A stretch of 32,000 nt of DNA from Mycolicibacterium smegmatis (GTDB lineage: Bacteria > Actinomycetota > Actinomycetes > Mycobacteriales > Mycobacteriaceae). The notes under the pieces are model-generated. The model did not search any database, had not been told where the DNA came from, and saw only the letters and a program-made list of their open reading frames with translations. Shown here one piece after another: positions 10,224-19,633 of the stretch (positions are counted from its first letter, which is position 1; every line of letters starts with the position of its first letter). Where the stretch lies: NCBI RefSeq assembly GCF_001457595.1, contig NZ_LN831039.1, positions 180,001 to 212,000 on the forward strand, given 5' to 3'. Both the position numbers and the translations under genes were made by a program.

Positions 10224-11237
10224 GTGAGAATTGCAGTTGTCGGCGCCGGCGCGATCGGTGCGTACTGGGGCGCCGCCATGCACCGTGGCGGGGCGGAAGT
10301 TCATCTGATCGCCCGCAATGCCCATCTACATGCGATGCGTGAGCACGGCGTGCGCGTGCTCAGCGACCGCGGCGACTTCGTCGCACACCCGAACGCCACG
10401 GACGATCCGCACGAGATCGGTCCGGTGGACTACGTCTTCCTGGGCCTCAAGGCCCACAGCTACCCGTCCTGCGGACCGCTGATCGAACCGCTGCTCGGCG
10501 AGCACACGGCCGTGCTGGCGGCGCAGAACGGCGTCCCGTGGTGGTACTTCCACGAACTGCAGGGTCCCTACCGCGGCCGCCGCATCGAGGCGGTCGACCC
10601 AGGCGGTGCGACGAGTGCTGTGCTCGCACCCGAGCGCGCGATCGGGTGCGTCGTGTACCCGGCCACCACGATCGAGGCGCCGGGCGTGATCCGCCACCTC
10701 GAGGGCACCCGGTTCTCGATCGGCGAACCGAGCGGCGAGATCTCGCAGCGGTGTATCGCCTTGAGCGAGGCCATGATCGCCGGTGGCCTCAAGGCGCCCG
10801 TGGAGGCCGATCTGCGCAGCGACATCTGGATCAAGCTCATGGGCAACGTGGCGTTCAACCCACTGAGCGCACTGACCAGGGCGACCATGGTCGAGATCTG
10901 CCAGAACCCGTACACGCGCCAGGTCGTGGTCCAGCTCATGGAGGAGACGCTCGACATCGCGTCGCGGCTGGGAGCCAAGCCCGACATCTCCATCGAGAAG
11001 CGCTTGCGTGGTGCCGAGAACGTGGGTCACCACAAGACATCGATGCTGCAGGACCTCGAAGCGGGCAAGCAGCTCGAGCTCGACGCGATCGTCACCGCCG
11101 TCGTGGAGATGGCCGACCTCACCGGTGCGCCTGCGCCCACGCTGCGCACCGTGCACGCCGCCACCGACCTGCTGGCACGCACGGCCGTGCCCGCCGCGGT
11201 GCCACAGGAGCAGGCACTCAAGCCGGCTCTTCGATAA
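10224..11237 (+). CDS. 2-dehydropantoate 2-reductase family (PanE/ApbA-like) NAD(P)H oxidoreductase
   Basis: GTG start preceded by AAGGAGG. There is an N-terminal Rossmann motif (IAVVGAGAIGAYWG) and a C-terminal ketopantoate-reductase-like helical domain (KTSMLQDLEAGKQLELDAI). The listed ORF start at 10173 lacks an SD. Confidence 0.8.
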   Translation: MRIAVVGAGAIGAYWGAAMHRGGAEVHLIARNAHLHAMREHGVRVLSDRGDFVAHPNATDDPHEIGPVDYVFLGLKAHSYPSCGPLIEPLLGEHTAVLAAQNGVPWWYFHELQGPYRGRRIEAVDPGGATSAVLAPERAIGCVVYPATTIEAPGVIRHLEGTRFSIGEPSGEISQRCIALSEAMIAGGLKAPVEADLRSDIWIKLMGNVAFNPLSALTRATMVEICQNPYTRQVVVQLMEETLDIASRLGAKPDISIEKRLRGAENVGHHKTSMLQDLEAGKQLELDAIVTAVVEMADLTGAPAPTLRTVHAATDLLARTAVPAAVPQEQALKPALR

Positions 11238-11247
11238 GGAGAAGAAA

Positions 11248-12681
11248 ATGGCGAATCGCCGCGCAAAGATCGTCTGCACGTTGGGCCCGGCCACGGCCAC
11301 GTCGTCGGTACTGACCGAACTCGTCGACGCCGGAATGGATGTCGCCCGGCTGAACTTCAGCCACAGCACCCACGCCGAGCACTCGGCGCTGTACGGCATG
11401 GTCCGGGAGATCGCCGCCCAGCGTGGCCGCGTGGTCGGCGTCCTCGCGGACCTGCAGGGGCCCAAGATCCGGCTGGGGTGTTTCGCCGACGGTCCCGTCG
11501 TATGGGCGACGGGCGAGCACGTCACGATCACCACGGAGGACTGCCCGGGTGACCACGACCGGGTCTCCACGACCTACGCGGGCCTGTCACAGGACGTGCG
11601 CGCGGGTGACCGGCTGTTGGTCGACGACGGGCGCGTGGATCTGCGCGTGGTGGCCGTCGACGGTCCCGACATCCGGTGCGAGGTCGTCGACGGCGGGCCG
11701 GTCAGCGACCACAAGGGGATATCGCTGCCCAACATCCCGGTGAGCGTTCCGCCGTTGTCGGACAAGGACATCGAGGATCTCAAGTTCGCGCTGGAGCTCG
11801 GCGCGGACATGATCGCGATGTCGTTCGTGCGCGCACCCGAGGAGGTCGAGCTCGCGCACAAGATCATGGACGAGGTGGGACGCCGGGTCCCGGTCATCGC
11901 GAAACTGGAGAAGCCTGAGGCGGTTTCGGACCTACCCGCGATCGTCGAGGCGTTCGACGGTCTCATGGTCGCGCGCGGCGATCTCGGCGTGGAGATGCCC
12001 CTGGAGCAGATCCCGCTGGTGCAGCGCCGCGCGATCGCCCTGTGCCGTCAGGCGGCCAAACCCGTGATCGTGGCGACGCAGATGCTCGATTCGATGGTGT
12101 CGGACCGCCGCCCGACACGTGCCGAGGTGTCCGACGTCGCCAACGCGGTGTTCGACAGGGCCGATGCGGTGATGCTCTCGGCCGAGACGAGTGTGGGCGC
12201 GGATCCGGCGCACGCCGTCGCCACCATGGCACGCATCGTCGTCGCCGCCGAGAGCGGTTCTGGCCGGGGCGAGACGCCCGAATCGGCGCTCGTGGAGGCC
12301 GTGAACGGCACGGACGCGGTGTTCGGTGACGCGATCGCGGTGGCGGCCTGCGAGGTGGGACGCCGGCTGGGCGCCGCGGCCCTGTGCTGCTTCACGCGCA
12401 CCGGTGACACGGCGCTGCGGTTGGCCCGGCAGCGGTCACCGCTGCCGCTGCTGGCCTTCGCGCACGACGACGAGGTGCGGGGGCGCCTGACGTTCTCGTG
12501 GGGTGTCGAGTCGGCGGTGCTGGCACCGACGGAGCTGGCCGAATCCATGCCGGGCGAGGTGTCGCGTGCGTTGCTGAGCATGGGCGCGTGCCACCCCGGC
12601 GATGTCGTGGTGGTCGTCTCCGGAAGCCGAAGCGGTGTCGCGGGGTACACCGATTCGGTCCGGGTGCTCCGTGTCGAGTGA
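11248..12681 (+). CDS. pyk: Pyruvate kinase (paralog)
   Basis: MANRRAKIVCTLGPAT..., NFSHS, DLQGPKIR, MVARGDLGVE and ATQMLDSM motifs. The ATG at 11248 is preceded by AAGGAGAAG and lies 10 nt after the panE-like stop. The ORF-track extension to 11008 overlaps the upstream gene and is rejected. Confidence 0.9.
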   Translation: MANRRAKIVCTLGPATATSSVLTELVDAGMDVARLNFSHSTHAEHSALYGMVREIAAQRGRVVGVLADLQGPKIRLGCFADGPVVWATGEHVTITTEDCPGDHDRVSTTYAGLSQDVRAGDRLLVDDGRVDLRVVAVDGPDIRCEVVDGGPVSDHKGISLPNIPVSVPPLSDKDIEDLKFALELGADMIAMSFVRAPEEVELAHKIMDEVGRRVPVIAKLEKPEAVSDLPAIVEAFDGLMVARGDLGVEMPLEQIPLVQRRAIALCRQAAKPVIVATQMLDSMVSDRRPTRAEVSDVANAVFDRADAVMLSAETSVGADPAHAVATMARIVVAAESGSGRGETPESALVEAVNGTDAVFGDAIAVAACEVGRRLGAAALCCFTRTGDTALRLARQRSPLPLLAFAHDDEVRGRLTFSWGVESAVLAPTELAESMPGEVSRALLSMGACHPGDVVVVVSGSRSGVAGYTDSVRVLRVE

Positions 12682-12722
12682 AGTCGATTGAGATCGTGAG
12701 AGCAGGTGTGGCGCAGGGTTGT

Positions 12723-13193
12723 TCAGGACAGCCCTGCGCGCACCTCGTTCAGTTCGTTCTGCAGTTCGGCGATTCGGGCGTGCAGTGCGCGCTCGGCGGC
12801 ACGCCGCTCGCTCACCTCGCGCATGATGGCCGAGATGCCGACGATCTCGCCGGTGTCGTCGCGCAGCAAAGCCACGCTGAACTCGATGGACAGCCGGTGG
12901 CCGTCCTTGTGCGTTGCCGGGACGGCCAGCATGCTGTCGCCGTACTTGGTGACACCCGTGGCCATGGTCTGGTGGTAACCCTTCCAGTGCCGGTCGCGCT
13001 GCTTCTCCGGGATGATCAGGTCCAGGCTCTGTCCGAGCGCGTCGGCCGCGGTGAACCCGAACATGCGGGCCGCGCCGTCGTTCCAGAGCACGATGTCGCC
13101 GGCCTTGTCGGTCACCACGATGGCCTCGGAAGATGCGTCCACCACCGCCTGGGCGAGCCAGGAGGCGCTGATGGCGGTTGGTGTCTCGGTCAC
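12723..13193 (-). CDS. Stand-alone PAS domain protein with C-terminal coiled coil
   Basis: PAS core (AIVVTDKAGDIVLWNDGAARMFGFTAADALGQSLDLIIP ... HKDGHRLSIEFSVALLRDDTGEIVGISAIMREV) followed by a helical tail. No output domain is present. Confidence 0.8.
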   Translation of the reverse strand: MTETPTAISASWLAQAVVDASSEAIVVTDKAGDIVLWNDGAARMFGFTAADALGQSLDLIIPEKQRDRHWKGYHQTMATGVTKYGDSMLAVPATHKDGHRLSIEFSVALLRDDTGEIVGISAIMREVSERRAAERALHARIAELQNELNEVRAGLS

Positions 13194-13245
13194 GGGATTT
13201 ACCTCTTATCACGGCGCGGCATTGCGTACTGTGTCAGGATACCGA

Positions 13246-13260
13246 ATACTGCATACAAAA
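13246..13260 (+). promoter_or_regulatory. ATAC-N3-ATAC-AAAA box (copy 2 of 4)
   Basis: GAATACTGCATACAAAAGG at 13244-13262 matches 17 of 19 positions of GAATACAACATACAAAAGG upstream of fdhD (24585-24603). It lies in the PAS/LysR divergent region. A nearby ATTGCGTAC at 13231-13239 resembles the half-site of the palindrome motif. Confidence 0.35.
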
Positions 13261-13299
13261 GGGAACGGTCGGACAGGATCGGAGACCGAAAGGACGCTC

Positions 13300-14226
13300 A
13301 TGCTGTTGCGCCAGTTGGAGTACTTCGTCGCCGTGGCCCGGGAACGTCACTTCGCCAGGGCTGCCGAGGTCTGCTACGTGTCGCAACCGGCGCTGTCCAC
13401 AGCAATTGCCAAGCTCGAGCGCGAGCTCGACGTCACGCTGATCCACCGCGGCCAGAACTTCGAGGGCCTCACGCTCGAAGGCGAACGTCTCGTGGTGTGG
13501 GCCAAGAGGTTGCTGGCCGAGCACGACGGCCTCAAGGCCGAGGCGGCCGCGTTGCGCACCGGCATCTCCGGAACGCTACGGCTGGGCACCGGGCCCACGG
13601 TGTCGACGACGACGGCCATCCCCGTTGCGGCGTTCTGCAACCTGCACCCGAAGGCCAACGTCTCCATATCCTCCCGGCTGTCCTCGGCCGAATTGCTGCG
13701 ACAGCTCCGCGATTTCGAACTCGACGCGGCCATCGCCCATTTCGGGCCGGGGGACCGAGCCGGGCTCGAGGTGGTGCCGTTGTACAAGGAGCGGTACGTG
13801 CTGCTGGTCTCCGGAGATCAGCTGGCACCCGGTACGCGCGCCATCACGTGGTCCGACGCCGCGCAGTTGCCGCTGGCGCTGCTCGAGCCGCACATGCGGT
13901 TCCGGCAGTTCATCGACAAGGCCTTCGCCGAGAACGGCGTGACGCCGTCGCCGCAGGTCGAAACGGACTCGGTGGCATCGCTGTATGCCCTGGTGGCCAC
14001 CGGCGCCTGGGCGAGCGTCGTGCCCCACACGTGGCTGCGGGCCGTCCCCCAGCTGGGAGCGGCCAGAGCCGTGCGGCTCATCGAACCAGAGACCACAGCA
14101 CAGATCTCGCTCGCGATCCACGCCGGCCGCGGCTCCGCGGCCGCGCGCGCCTTCGTCAATGTCGCCGCAGGCGCCCGCCTGGACGATCAATTCGATCTGC
14201 AGTCAGAACACTGGCTGCTCAAGTGA
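13300..14226 (+). CDS. LysR family transcriptional regulator
   Basis: The N-terminal LysR HTH reads MLLRQLEYFVAVARERHFARAAEVCYVSQPALSTAIAKLERELDVTLIHR, followed by a C-terminal substrate-binding domain. The ATG at 13300 was chosen within the longer ORF 13012..14226. Confidence 0.85.
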   Translation: MLLRQLEYFVAVARERHFARAAEVCYVSQPALSTAIAKLERELDVTLIHRGQNFEGLTLEGERLVVWAKRLLAEHDGLKAEAAALRTGISGTLRLGTGPTVSTTTAIPVAAFCNLHPKANVSISSRLSSAELLRQLRDFELDAAIAHFGPGDRAGLEVVPLYKERYVLLVSGDQLAPGTRAITWSDAAQLPLALLEPHMRFRQFIDKAFAENGVTPSPQVETDSVASLYALVATGAWASVVPHTWLRAVPQLGAARAVRLIEPETTAQISLAIHAGRGSAAARAFVNVAAGARLDDQFDLQSEHWLLK

Positions 14227-14275
14227 ATGTCGACTGACTCCCCGTTGCTCAACGCCACATTTCTCGGACCAGGTG

Positions 14276-14290
14276 ATAACCGTCGTTTAT
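14276..14290. promoter_or_regulatory. Candidate LysR-type T-N11-A box
   Basis: ATAACCGTCGTTTAT (ATAA..TTAT dyad; T14277-N11-A14289) in the 159-bp region between the LysR gene and oxc. This is a pattern match only. Confidence 0.25.
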
Positions 14291-14385
14291 CGACCGGTTG
14301 AAGACAGGTCTTGGACTGGCTGAGCTGCAAGGTGAAAAGTCAGTCCTGGTAAGGGAATAACCCATCAGCTAGGAAGGCTCACATC

Positions 14386-16119
14386 ATGACCGTCGCTCCC
14401 ACGCGAGACACCGAGGCGGCGAGTACCGACGAGCCCGGCGCACTCACCGATGGCATCCATCTGGTCGTCGATGCGCTGAAGCTCAACGACGTACAGACCA
14501 TCTACGGGGTCGTCGGGATCCCGATCACCGATCTCGCTCGCCTCGCCCAGGCATCAGGCTTGCGCTACATCGGATTCCGGCACGAGAGCGACGCGGGACA
14601 CGCTGCGGCCGCCGCCGGCTTCCTCACCCAGAAGCCCGGCATCTGCCTGACGGTTTCGGCACCTGGCTTCCTCAACGGCCTTGTCGCTCTTGCCAATGCC
14701 ACCACCAACTGCTTCCCGATGGTCCAGATCTCGGGATCCAGTGAACGCCACCTGGTCGACCTGCAGCGCGGTGACTACGAGGAGATGGACCAACTGGCGG
14801 CGGCCAGGCTGTTCGCCAAGGCGGCCTACCGAGTATCCCGCGCCGAGGACATCGGACGCGGCATCGCACGTGCGATCCGCACGGCCGCATCGGGTCGGCC
14901 CGGCGGTGTCTACCTGGACATCCCGGCCGCGGTCCTCGGTGAGGTGATCGACGCGGAGAAGGCCAAGAAGACGCTGTGGCGCGTGGTCGATCCCGCACCC
15001 AAGCAGATGCCCGAGATCGACGCGGTCGACAAGGCCATCGAGCTGCTCGCAGGCGCCGAGCGCCCGCTGATCGTGCTGGGCAAGGGCGCCGCCTACGCGC
15101 AGGCCGACGACACCATCCGCGAGTTCGTCGAGAGCACCGGCATCCCCTATGTGCCGATGTCGATGGCCAAAGGCCTGCTGCCCGACGATCATCCGCAGTC
15201 CGCCGCGACGGCACGGTCGCTCGCGCTCAAGCGTGCAGACGTGGTCATGCTCGTCGGTGCCCGGCTGAACTGGCTTCTGGGACACGGCGATGCGCCGCAG
15301 TGGAACCCCGACGCCAAGTTCATCCAGGTCGACATCTCGGCCACGGAGATGGACAGCAACCAGCCCATCGCCGCACCCCTGGTCGGTGACATCAGCTCGG
15401 TGGTGGAGACGCTGCTGGAGCGCAGCAAGCCCGGCCAGATCAGCGTCGCCCCCGAGTGGCGTCAGGAGCTCGCGGCCAAGTCCGAGCAGAATGTCGCCAA
15501 GATGAGCGGCCGGCTGGAGGCCGCCCTCACGGCGCACCCGATGAAGTTCCTCGGCGCCCTGCAGGCCATCCGCGACGTGCTCGCCGACAACCCGCAGGTG
15601 TACGTGGTGAACGAGGGCGCCAACGCACTCGACCTGGCCCGCAACACCATCGGCATGCAGGTTCCGCGGCACCGGCTGGACAGCGGCACGTGGGGCGTGA
15701 TGGGCATCGGCATGGGCTACGCGATCGCCGCGGCCGTCGAGACCGGCGATCCGGTGGTCGCCATCGAAGGTGACAGCGCATTCGGGTTCAGCGGTATGGA
15801 ACTCGAGGCGATCTGCCGCTACAACCTTCCGATCGTCACGGTGATCCTCAACAACAGCGGTGTGTACCGCGGTGACGAGGCATCGGGTTCGACCGCGGAT
15901 CCCGCGCCGACGGCACTGCGCGCGCAGCACGAGTACATGATCAAGGCCTTCGGCGGCAAGGGATATCAGGCCACCACCCCCGACGAGGTGGCGGCGGCGC
16001 TGCGCGAGGCACTGGCCTCGGGACGTCCCGCGCTCATCGACTGCGTCATCGATCCGTCCGACGGCACCGAGAGCGGCAACATCGCGCATCTCAATCCCAA
16101 GGGCATCAGCACCAAGTGA
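14386..16119 (+). CDS. oxc: Oxalyl-CoA decarboxylase (ThDP-dependent)
   Basis: 577 aa with a ThDP-enzyme fold ([64 protein letters not shown]). Length, N-terminal sequence and adjacency to frc all match Oxc. Confidence 0.9.
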   Translation: MTVAPTRDTEAASTDEPGALTDGIHLVVDALKLNDVQTIYGVVGIPITDLARLAQASGLRYIGFRHESDAGHAAAAAGFLTQKPGICLTVSAPGFLNGLVALANATTNCFPMVQISGSSERHLVDLQRGDYEEMDQLAAARLFAKAAYRVSRAEDIGRGIARAIRTAASGRPGGVYLDIPAAVLGEVIDAEKAKKTLWRVVDPAPKQMPEIDAVDKAIELLAGAERPLIVLGKGAAYAQADDTIREFVESTGIPYVPMSMAKGLLPDDHPQSAATARSLALKRADVVMLVGARLNWLLGHGDAPQWNPDAKFIQVDISATEMDSNQPIAAPLVGDISSVVETLLERSKPGQISVAPEWRQELAAKSEQNVAKMSGRLEAALTAHPMKFLGALQAIRDVLADNPQVYVVNEGANALDLARNTIGMQVPRHRLDSGTWGVMGIGMGYAIAAAVETGDPVVAIEGDSAFGFSGMELEAICRYNLPIVTVILNNSGVYRGDEASGSTADPAPTALRAQHEYMIKAFGGKGYQATTPDEVAAALREALASGRPALIDCVIDPSDGTESGNIAHLNPKGISTK

Positions 16120-16187
16120 GTACCGGGGGCCGATCCCTCGAATCAACACGAACACACCGAAACACCAACAATGAAAGGAACTGTCTC

Positions 16188-17450
16188 ATGACAGAGCTAC
16201 CCCTCTCAGGGATCAAGGTGATCGACTTCACCGGTGTCCAGGCAGGACCGGCCTGCACCCAGATGCTGGCCTGGTACGGGGCCGACGTCCTCAAGGTCGA
16301 GCGTCCCGGTGGCGGCGACGTGACCCGTAAGCAGCTGCGGGACATCCCCGATGTCGACGCGCTGTACTTCACGATGCTCAACAGCAACAAGCGGTCGCTG
16401 GCCATCGACACCAAGTCGCCCGAGGGCCTCGAGGTCATGGAGAAGCTGATCCGCGACGCCGACGTGCTGGTGGAGAACTTCGCACCCGGTGCGCTGGACC
16501 GCATGGGGCTGTCGTGGGAGACCCTGCAGAAGTGGAACCCTCGGCTGATCTTCGGTTCGGTCAAGGGCTTCAACGACGACTCGACCTGGAACGACCTGAA
16601 GGTGTACGAGAACGTCGCACAGTGCGCCGGTGGCGCCGCGTCCACCACGGGCTTCTGGGATGGCCCGCCGACCGTCAGCGGTGCGGCGCTCGGTGACAGC
16701 AACACCGGTATGCACCTGCTGATCGGCATCCTGACCGCGCTGATCCAGCGCGACAAGACCGGCAAGGGCCAGAAGGTGTCGGCCTCGATGCAGGACGCCG
16801 TACTCAACCTGTGCCGTGTGAAGCTGCGTGACCAGCAGCGCCTGGAGGCCGTGGGCTACCTCGAGGAGTACCCGCAGTACCCGCACGGCGAGTTCGGCGA
16901 CACGGTTCCGCGTGGCGGCAACGCCGGCGGCGGCGGCCAGCCGGGCTGGGTGCTCAAGTGCAAGGGCTGGGAGACCGACCCCAACGCCTACATCTACTTC
17001 ACCATCCAGGAGCAGAACTGGGTCCGTACGGCCGAGGCCATCGGCCACCCGGAGTGGGCCGAGGATCCGGCGTACAACACCGCGAAGGCCCGTCAGGACA
17101 AGATCTTCGAGATCTTCGGCGAGATCGAGAAGTGGCTGGCCGACAAGACCAAGTACGAGGCCGTCGACATCCTGCGCAAGTGGGAGGTGCCGTGCGCCCC
17201 GGTGATGAGCATGAAGGAACTCGCGGTCGATCCGTCGCTGCGCAAGTCCGGAAGCATCGTCGAGGTGGACCAGAAGGGACGCGGTTCGTTCCTCACCGTC
17301 GGCAGCCCGGTCAAGTTCTCGGCCTTCCAGCCCGAGATCAAGGGTGCGCCGCTGCTCGGTGAGCACACCGACGAGGTGCTGGCCGGCCTGGGTTACGACG
17401 CCGACCAGATCGAAGAGTTCCACCGCAAGAAGATCGTCGTCGGTTCGTAG
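16188..17450 (+). CDS. frc: Formyl-CoA:oxalate CoA-transferase
   Basis: By my recollection it is near-colinear with E. coli YfdW / O. formigenes Frc: [88 protein letters not shown]. The ATG at 16188 follows GAAAGGAA. Confidence 0.92.
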   Translation: MTELPLSGIKVIDFTGVQAGPACTQMLAWYGADVLKVERPGGGDVTRKQLRDIPDVDALYFTMLNSNKRSLAIDTKSPEGLEVMEKLIRDADVLVENFAPGALDRMGLSWETLQKWNPRLIFGSVKGFNDDSTWNDLKVYENVAQCAGGAASTTGFWDGPPTVSGAALGDSNTGMHLLIGILTALIQRDKTGKGQKVSASMQDAVLNLCRVKLRDQQRLEAVGYLEEYPQYPHGEFGDTVPRGGNAGGGGQPGWVLKCKGWETDPNAYIYFTIQEQNWVRTAEAIGHPEWAEDPAYNTAKARQDKIFEIFGEIEKWLADKTKYEAVDILRKWEVPCAPVMSMKELAVDPSLRKSGSIVEVDQKGRGSFLTVGSPVKFSAFQPEIKGAPLLGEHTDEVLAGLGYDADQIEEFHRKKIVVGS

Positions 17451-17457
17451 CACTCGC

Positions 17458-17495
17458 ACACCGCCCCATGTCGCCTACCCGGCATGGGGCGGTGT
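17458..17495 (+). terminator. 13-bp perfect stem-loop between frc and fdsG (terminator or attenuator)
   Basis: ACACCGCCCCATG (17458-17470), a 12-nt loop, then CATGGGGCGGTGT (17483-17495). The U-tail is poor (tcgtc), as is common for mycobacterial terminators. Confidence 0.45.
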
Positions 17496-17552
17496 TCGTC
17501 ACCGAAAACGATTCCGCCCGACCGGTTTCGCCCCGTCTGCTGGAGGAAGCCC

Positions 17553-18038
17553 ATGAAACGCACGACCACCGGGGAGACCAGCGTGGCGACCCTGGTCCGT
17601 GAGATCGCCGCCGACCATCGCGACCACCGCGGGCCGCTGCTGCCGATCCTGCACGCGGTCCAGGAGAGGCTGGGATGTGTGCCCGCCGAGGCCGTCCCCG
17701 TGCTCGCCGAAGAACTCAACCTGTCCCGTGCCGATGTGCACGGGGTCATCACCTTCTACCACGACTTCCGCTCGGAACCTGCCGGGCGCACGACGGTCCG
17801 CGTGTGCCGCGCCGAGGCCTGCCAGGCCCTGGGCGCCTCGCGGCTGGTCGCACATCTGCAGGACCGGCACGGGGTGCAACTGGGGGACACCACCGATGAC
17901 GGAACGCTCACGGCCGAGCAGGTCTTCTGCCTCGGCAACTGCGCACTGGGCCCGTCGGCCCAGGTGGACGGCAGGCTCTACGGACGGCTCGACGAGGCGC
18001 GCCTGTCGGCCCTCATCGATTCGGCGGTGACGCGATGA
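17553..18038 (+). CDS. fdsG: NAD-dependent formate dehydrogenase gamma subunit (NuoE-like 2Fe-2S)
   Basis: The ATG at 17553 is preceded by GGAGGAAG. NuoE/thioredoxin-like ferredoxin pattern (VCRAEAC ... CLGNCALGPS). There is an ATGA overlap with the next gene. Confidence 0.85.
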   Translation: MKRTTTGETSVATLVREIAADHRDHRGPLLPILHAVQERLGCVPAEAVPVLAEELNLSRADVHGVITFYHDFRSEPAGRTTVRVCRAEACQALGASRLVAHLQDRHGVQLGDTTDDGTLTAEQVFCLGNCALGPSAQVDGRLYGRLDEARLSALIDSAVTR

Positions 18039-19633
18039 GCGAACCGGTCACCGTCTACGTGCCGTGCGACTCAGCGGCCAAATCCGTCGGCGCCGATGAG
18101 GTCGCCCACGCACTGACCGCGGCAGCGGAGCGCCTCGGACGATCGATCCGATTGGTGCGTAACGGCTCCCGCGGCATGTTATGGCTCGAACCGCTCGTCG
18201 AGGTCGCGACGCCGAACGGCCGCGTGGGTTACGGGCCCGTCACCCCCGGTCAGGTCGACGAACTGGTCGGCGCCGGCCTGTTCGACGCGGCCGAGCATCC
18301 CCTGCGCGTCGGCGTCGTCGAGGACCTGCCCTGGATGGCGACGCAGGAGCGCGTGACGTTCGCGCGCATCGGCGTCACAGACCCCGTGTCGCCCGACGAC
18401 TATCTCGAGCACGGCGGGCTCGCGGGTCTGCGGCGGGCGCTGCAGATGTCGCCGGCAGAGGTCGTCGCCGAGGTCACCGATTCCGGTCTGCGCGGCCGCG
18501 GCGGTGCGGGTTTCCCCGCAGGCATCAAGTGGAAGACCGTGCTGGACTGCGCCGATGCGCTGAAGTTCGTGTGCTGCAACGCCGATGAGGGCGACAGCGG
18601 TACGTTCGCCGACCGGATGGTGATGGAAGGCGATCCGTTCATGCTCATCGAGGGCATGACGATCGCGGCCCACGCGGTCGGCGCCACCGAGGGCTACATC
18701 TACATCCGTTCCGAATATCCCGACGCCATCGCGACCATGCGCGCCGCGATCGACATCGCGCGTGGCCGCGGATGGCTCGGCGACGACGTGCTGGGGTCGG
18801 GGCTTCGCTTCGATATGCACGTACGTGTCGGCGGCGGCGCCTACATCTGCGGTGAGGAAACCTCGATGCTGGAAAGCCTTGAGGGCAAACGCGGTATGGT
18901 CCGCGCCAAGCCGCCGATCCCCGCGATCAACGGGCTGTTCGGCAAGCCGACCGTGGTGAACAACGTCCTGACGCTGTCGAGCGTGCCCCTGGTCCTCGCC
19001 GAGGGCGCGCAGGCGTACGCCGACTTCGGTGTCGGGCGATCCCGTGGCACACAGATCTTCCAACTGGGCGGCAACATCCGCCGCGGCGGCATCGTCGAGC
19101 GTGCGTTCGGCATCACGCTCGGTGAGCTCGTGGAACACTATGGCGGCGGGACACTTTCGGGACGCCCGGTGCGCGCGGTGCAGGTCGGCGGCCCGCTCGG
19201 TGCGTATCTGCCCAGCGACAGGTTCGACCTGCCCATGGATTACGAGGCGTTCGCCGAGGCCGGGGCCATGGTGGGCCACGGCGGCATCGTCGTCTTCGAC
19301 GACAGCGTCGACATGGCCGCGCAGGCCCGGTTCGCCATGGAATTCTGCGCCGCGGAATCGTGCGGCAAGTGCACGCCGTGCCGCGTGGGCTCGGTGCGCG
19401 GCATGGAGGTCATCGACCGGATCACCGCCGGCGACCACCGCGAGGAGAACCTCGCACTGCTCGACGACCTCTGCGATGTGATGACCGAAGGGTCGCTGTG
19501 CGCGATGGGCGGGCTCACGCCCATGCCCGTGCGCAGCGCGCTCACCCATTTCCCCGACGATTTCGGCCCGCGCCAACCGAGCGCGGATACCACGGCCGCG
19601 CCACTGGGCGCGAGGACGGAGGGCCCGCGATGA
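18035..19633 (+). CDS. fdsB: NAD-dependent formate dehydrogenase beta subunit (NuoF-like, FMN/NAD/4Fe-4S)
   Basis: GLRGRGGAGFPAGIKWK, NADEGDSGTF and the ESCGKCTPCRVG motifs of the NuoF family. Confidence 0.9.
   Translation: MSEPVTVYVPCDSAAKSVGADEVAHALTAAAERLGRSIRLVRNGSRGMLWLEPLVEVATPNGRVGYGPVTPGQVDELVGAGLFDAAEHPLRVGVVEDLPWMATQERVTFARIGVTDPVSPDDYLEHGGLAGLRRALQMSPAEVVAEVTDSGLRGRGGAGFPAGIKWKTVLDCADALKFVCCNADEGDSGTFADRMVMEGDPFMLIEGMTIAAHAVGATEGYIYIRSEYPDAIATMRAAIDIARGRGWLGDDVLGSGLRFDMHVRVGGGAYICGEETSMLESLEGKRGMVRAKPPIPAINGLFGKPTVVNNVLTLSSVPLVLAEGAQAYADFGVGRSRGTQIFQLGGNIRRGGIVERAFGITLGELVEHYGGGTLSGRPVRAVQVGGPLGAYLPSDRFDLPMDYEAFAEAGAMVGHGGIVVFDDSVDMAAQARFAMEFCAAESCGKCTPCRVGSVRGMEVIDRITAGDHREENLALLDDLCDVMTEGSLCAMGGLTPMPVRSALTHFPDDFGPRQPSADTTAAPLGARTEGPR

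Noticed and set aside
11008-11247. N-terminal extensions given by the ORF track for pyk (11008), fdsA (19360), the GntR gene (to 27356), the LysR gene (13012), frc (16116), fdsG (17484), the panE-like gene (10173) and MFS1 (24471).
   Set aside because: The extensions overlap upstream genes or have Arg/Pro-rich junk composition. Internal starts coincide with the family N-termini and are preceded by SD-like sequences at proper spacing.
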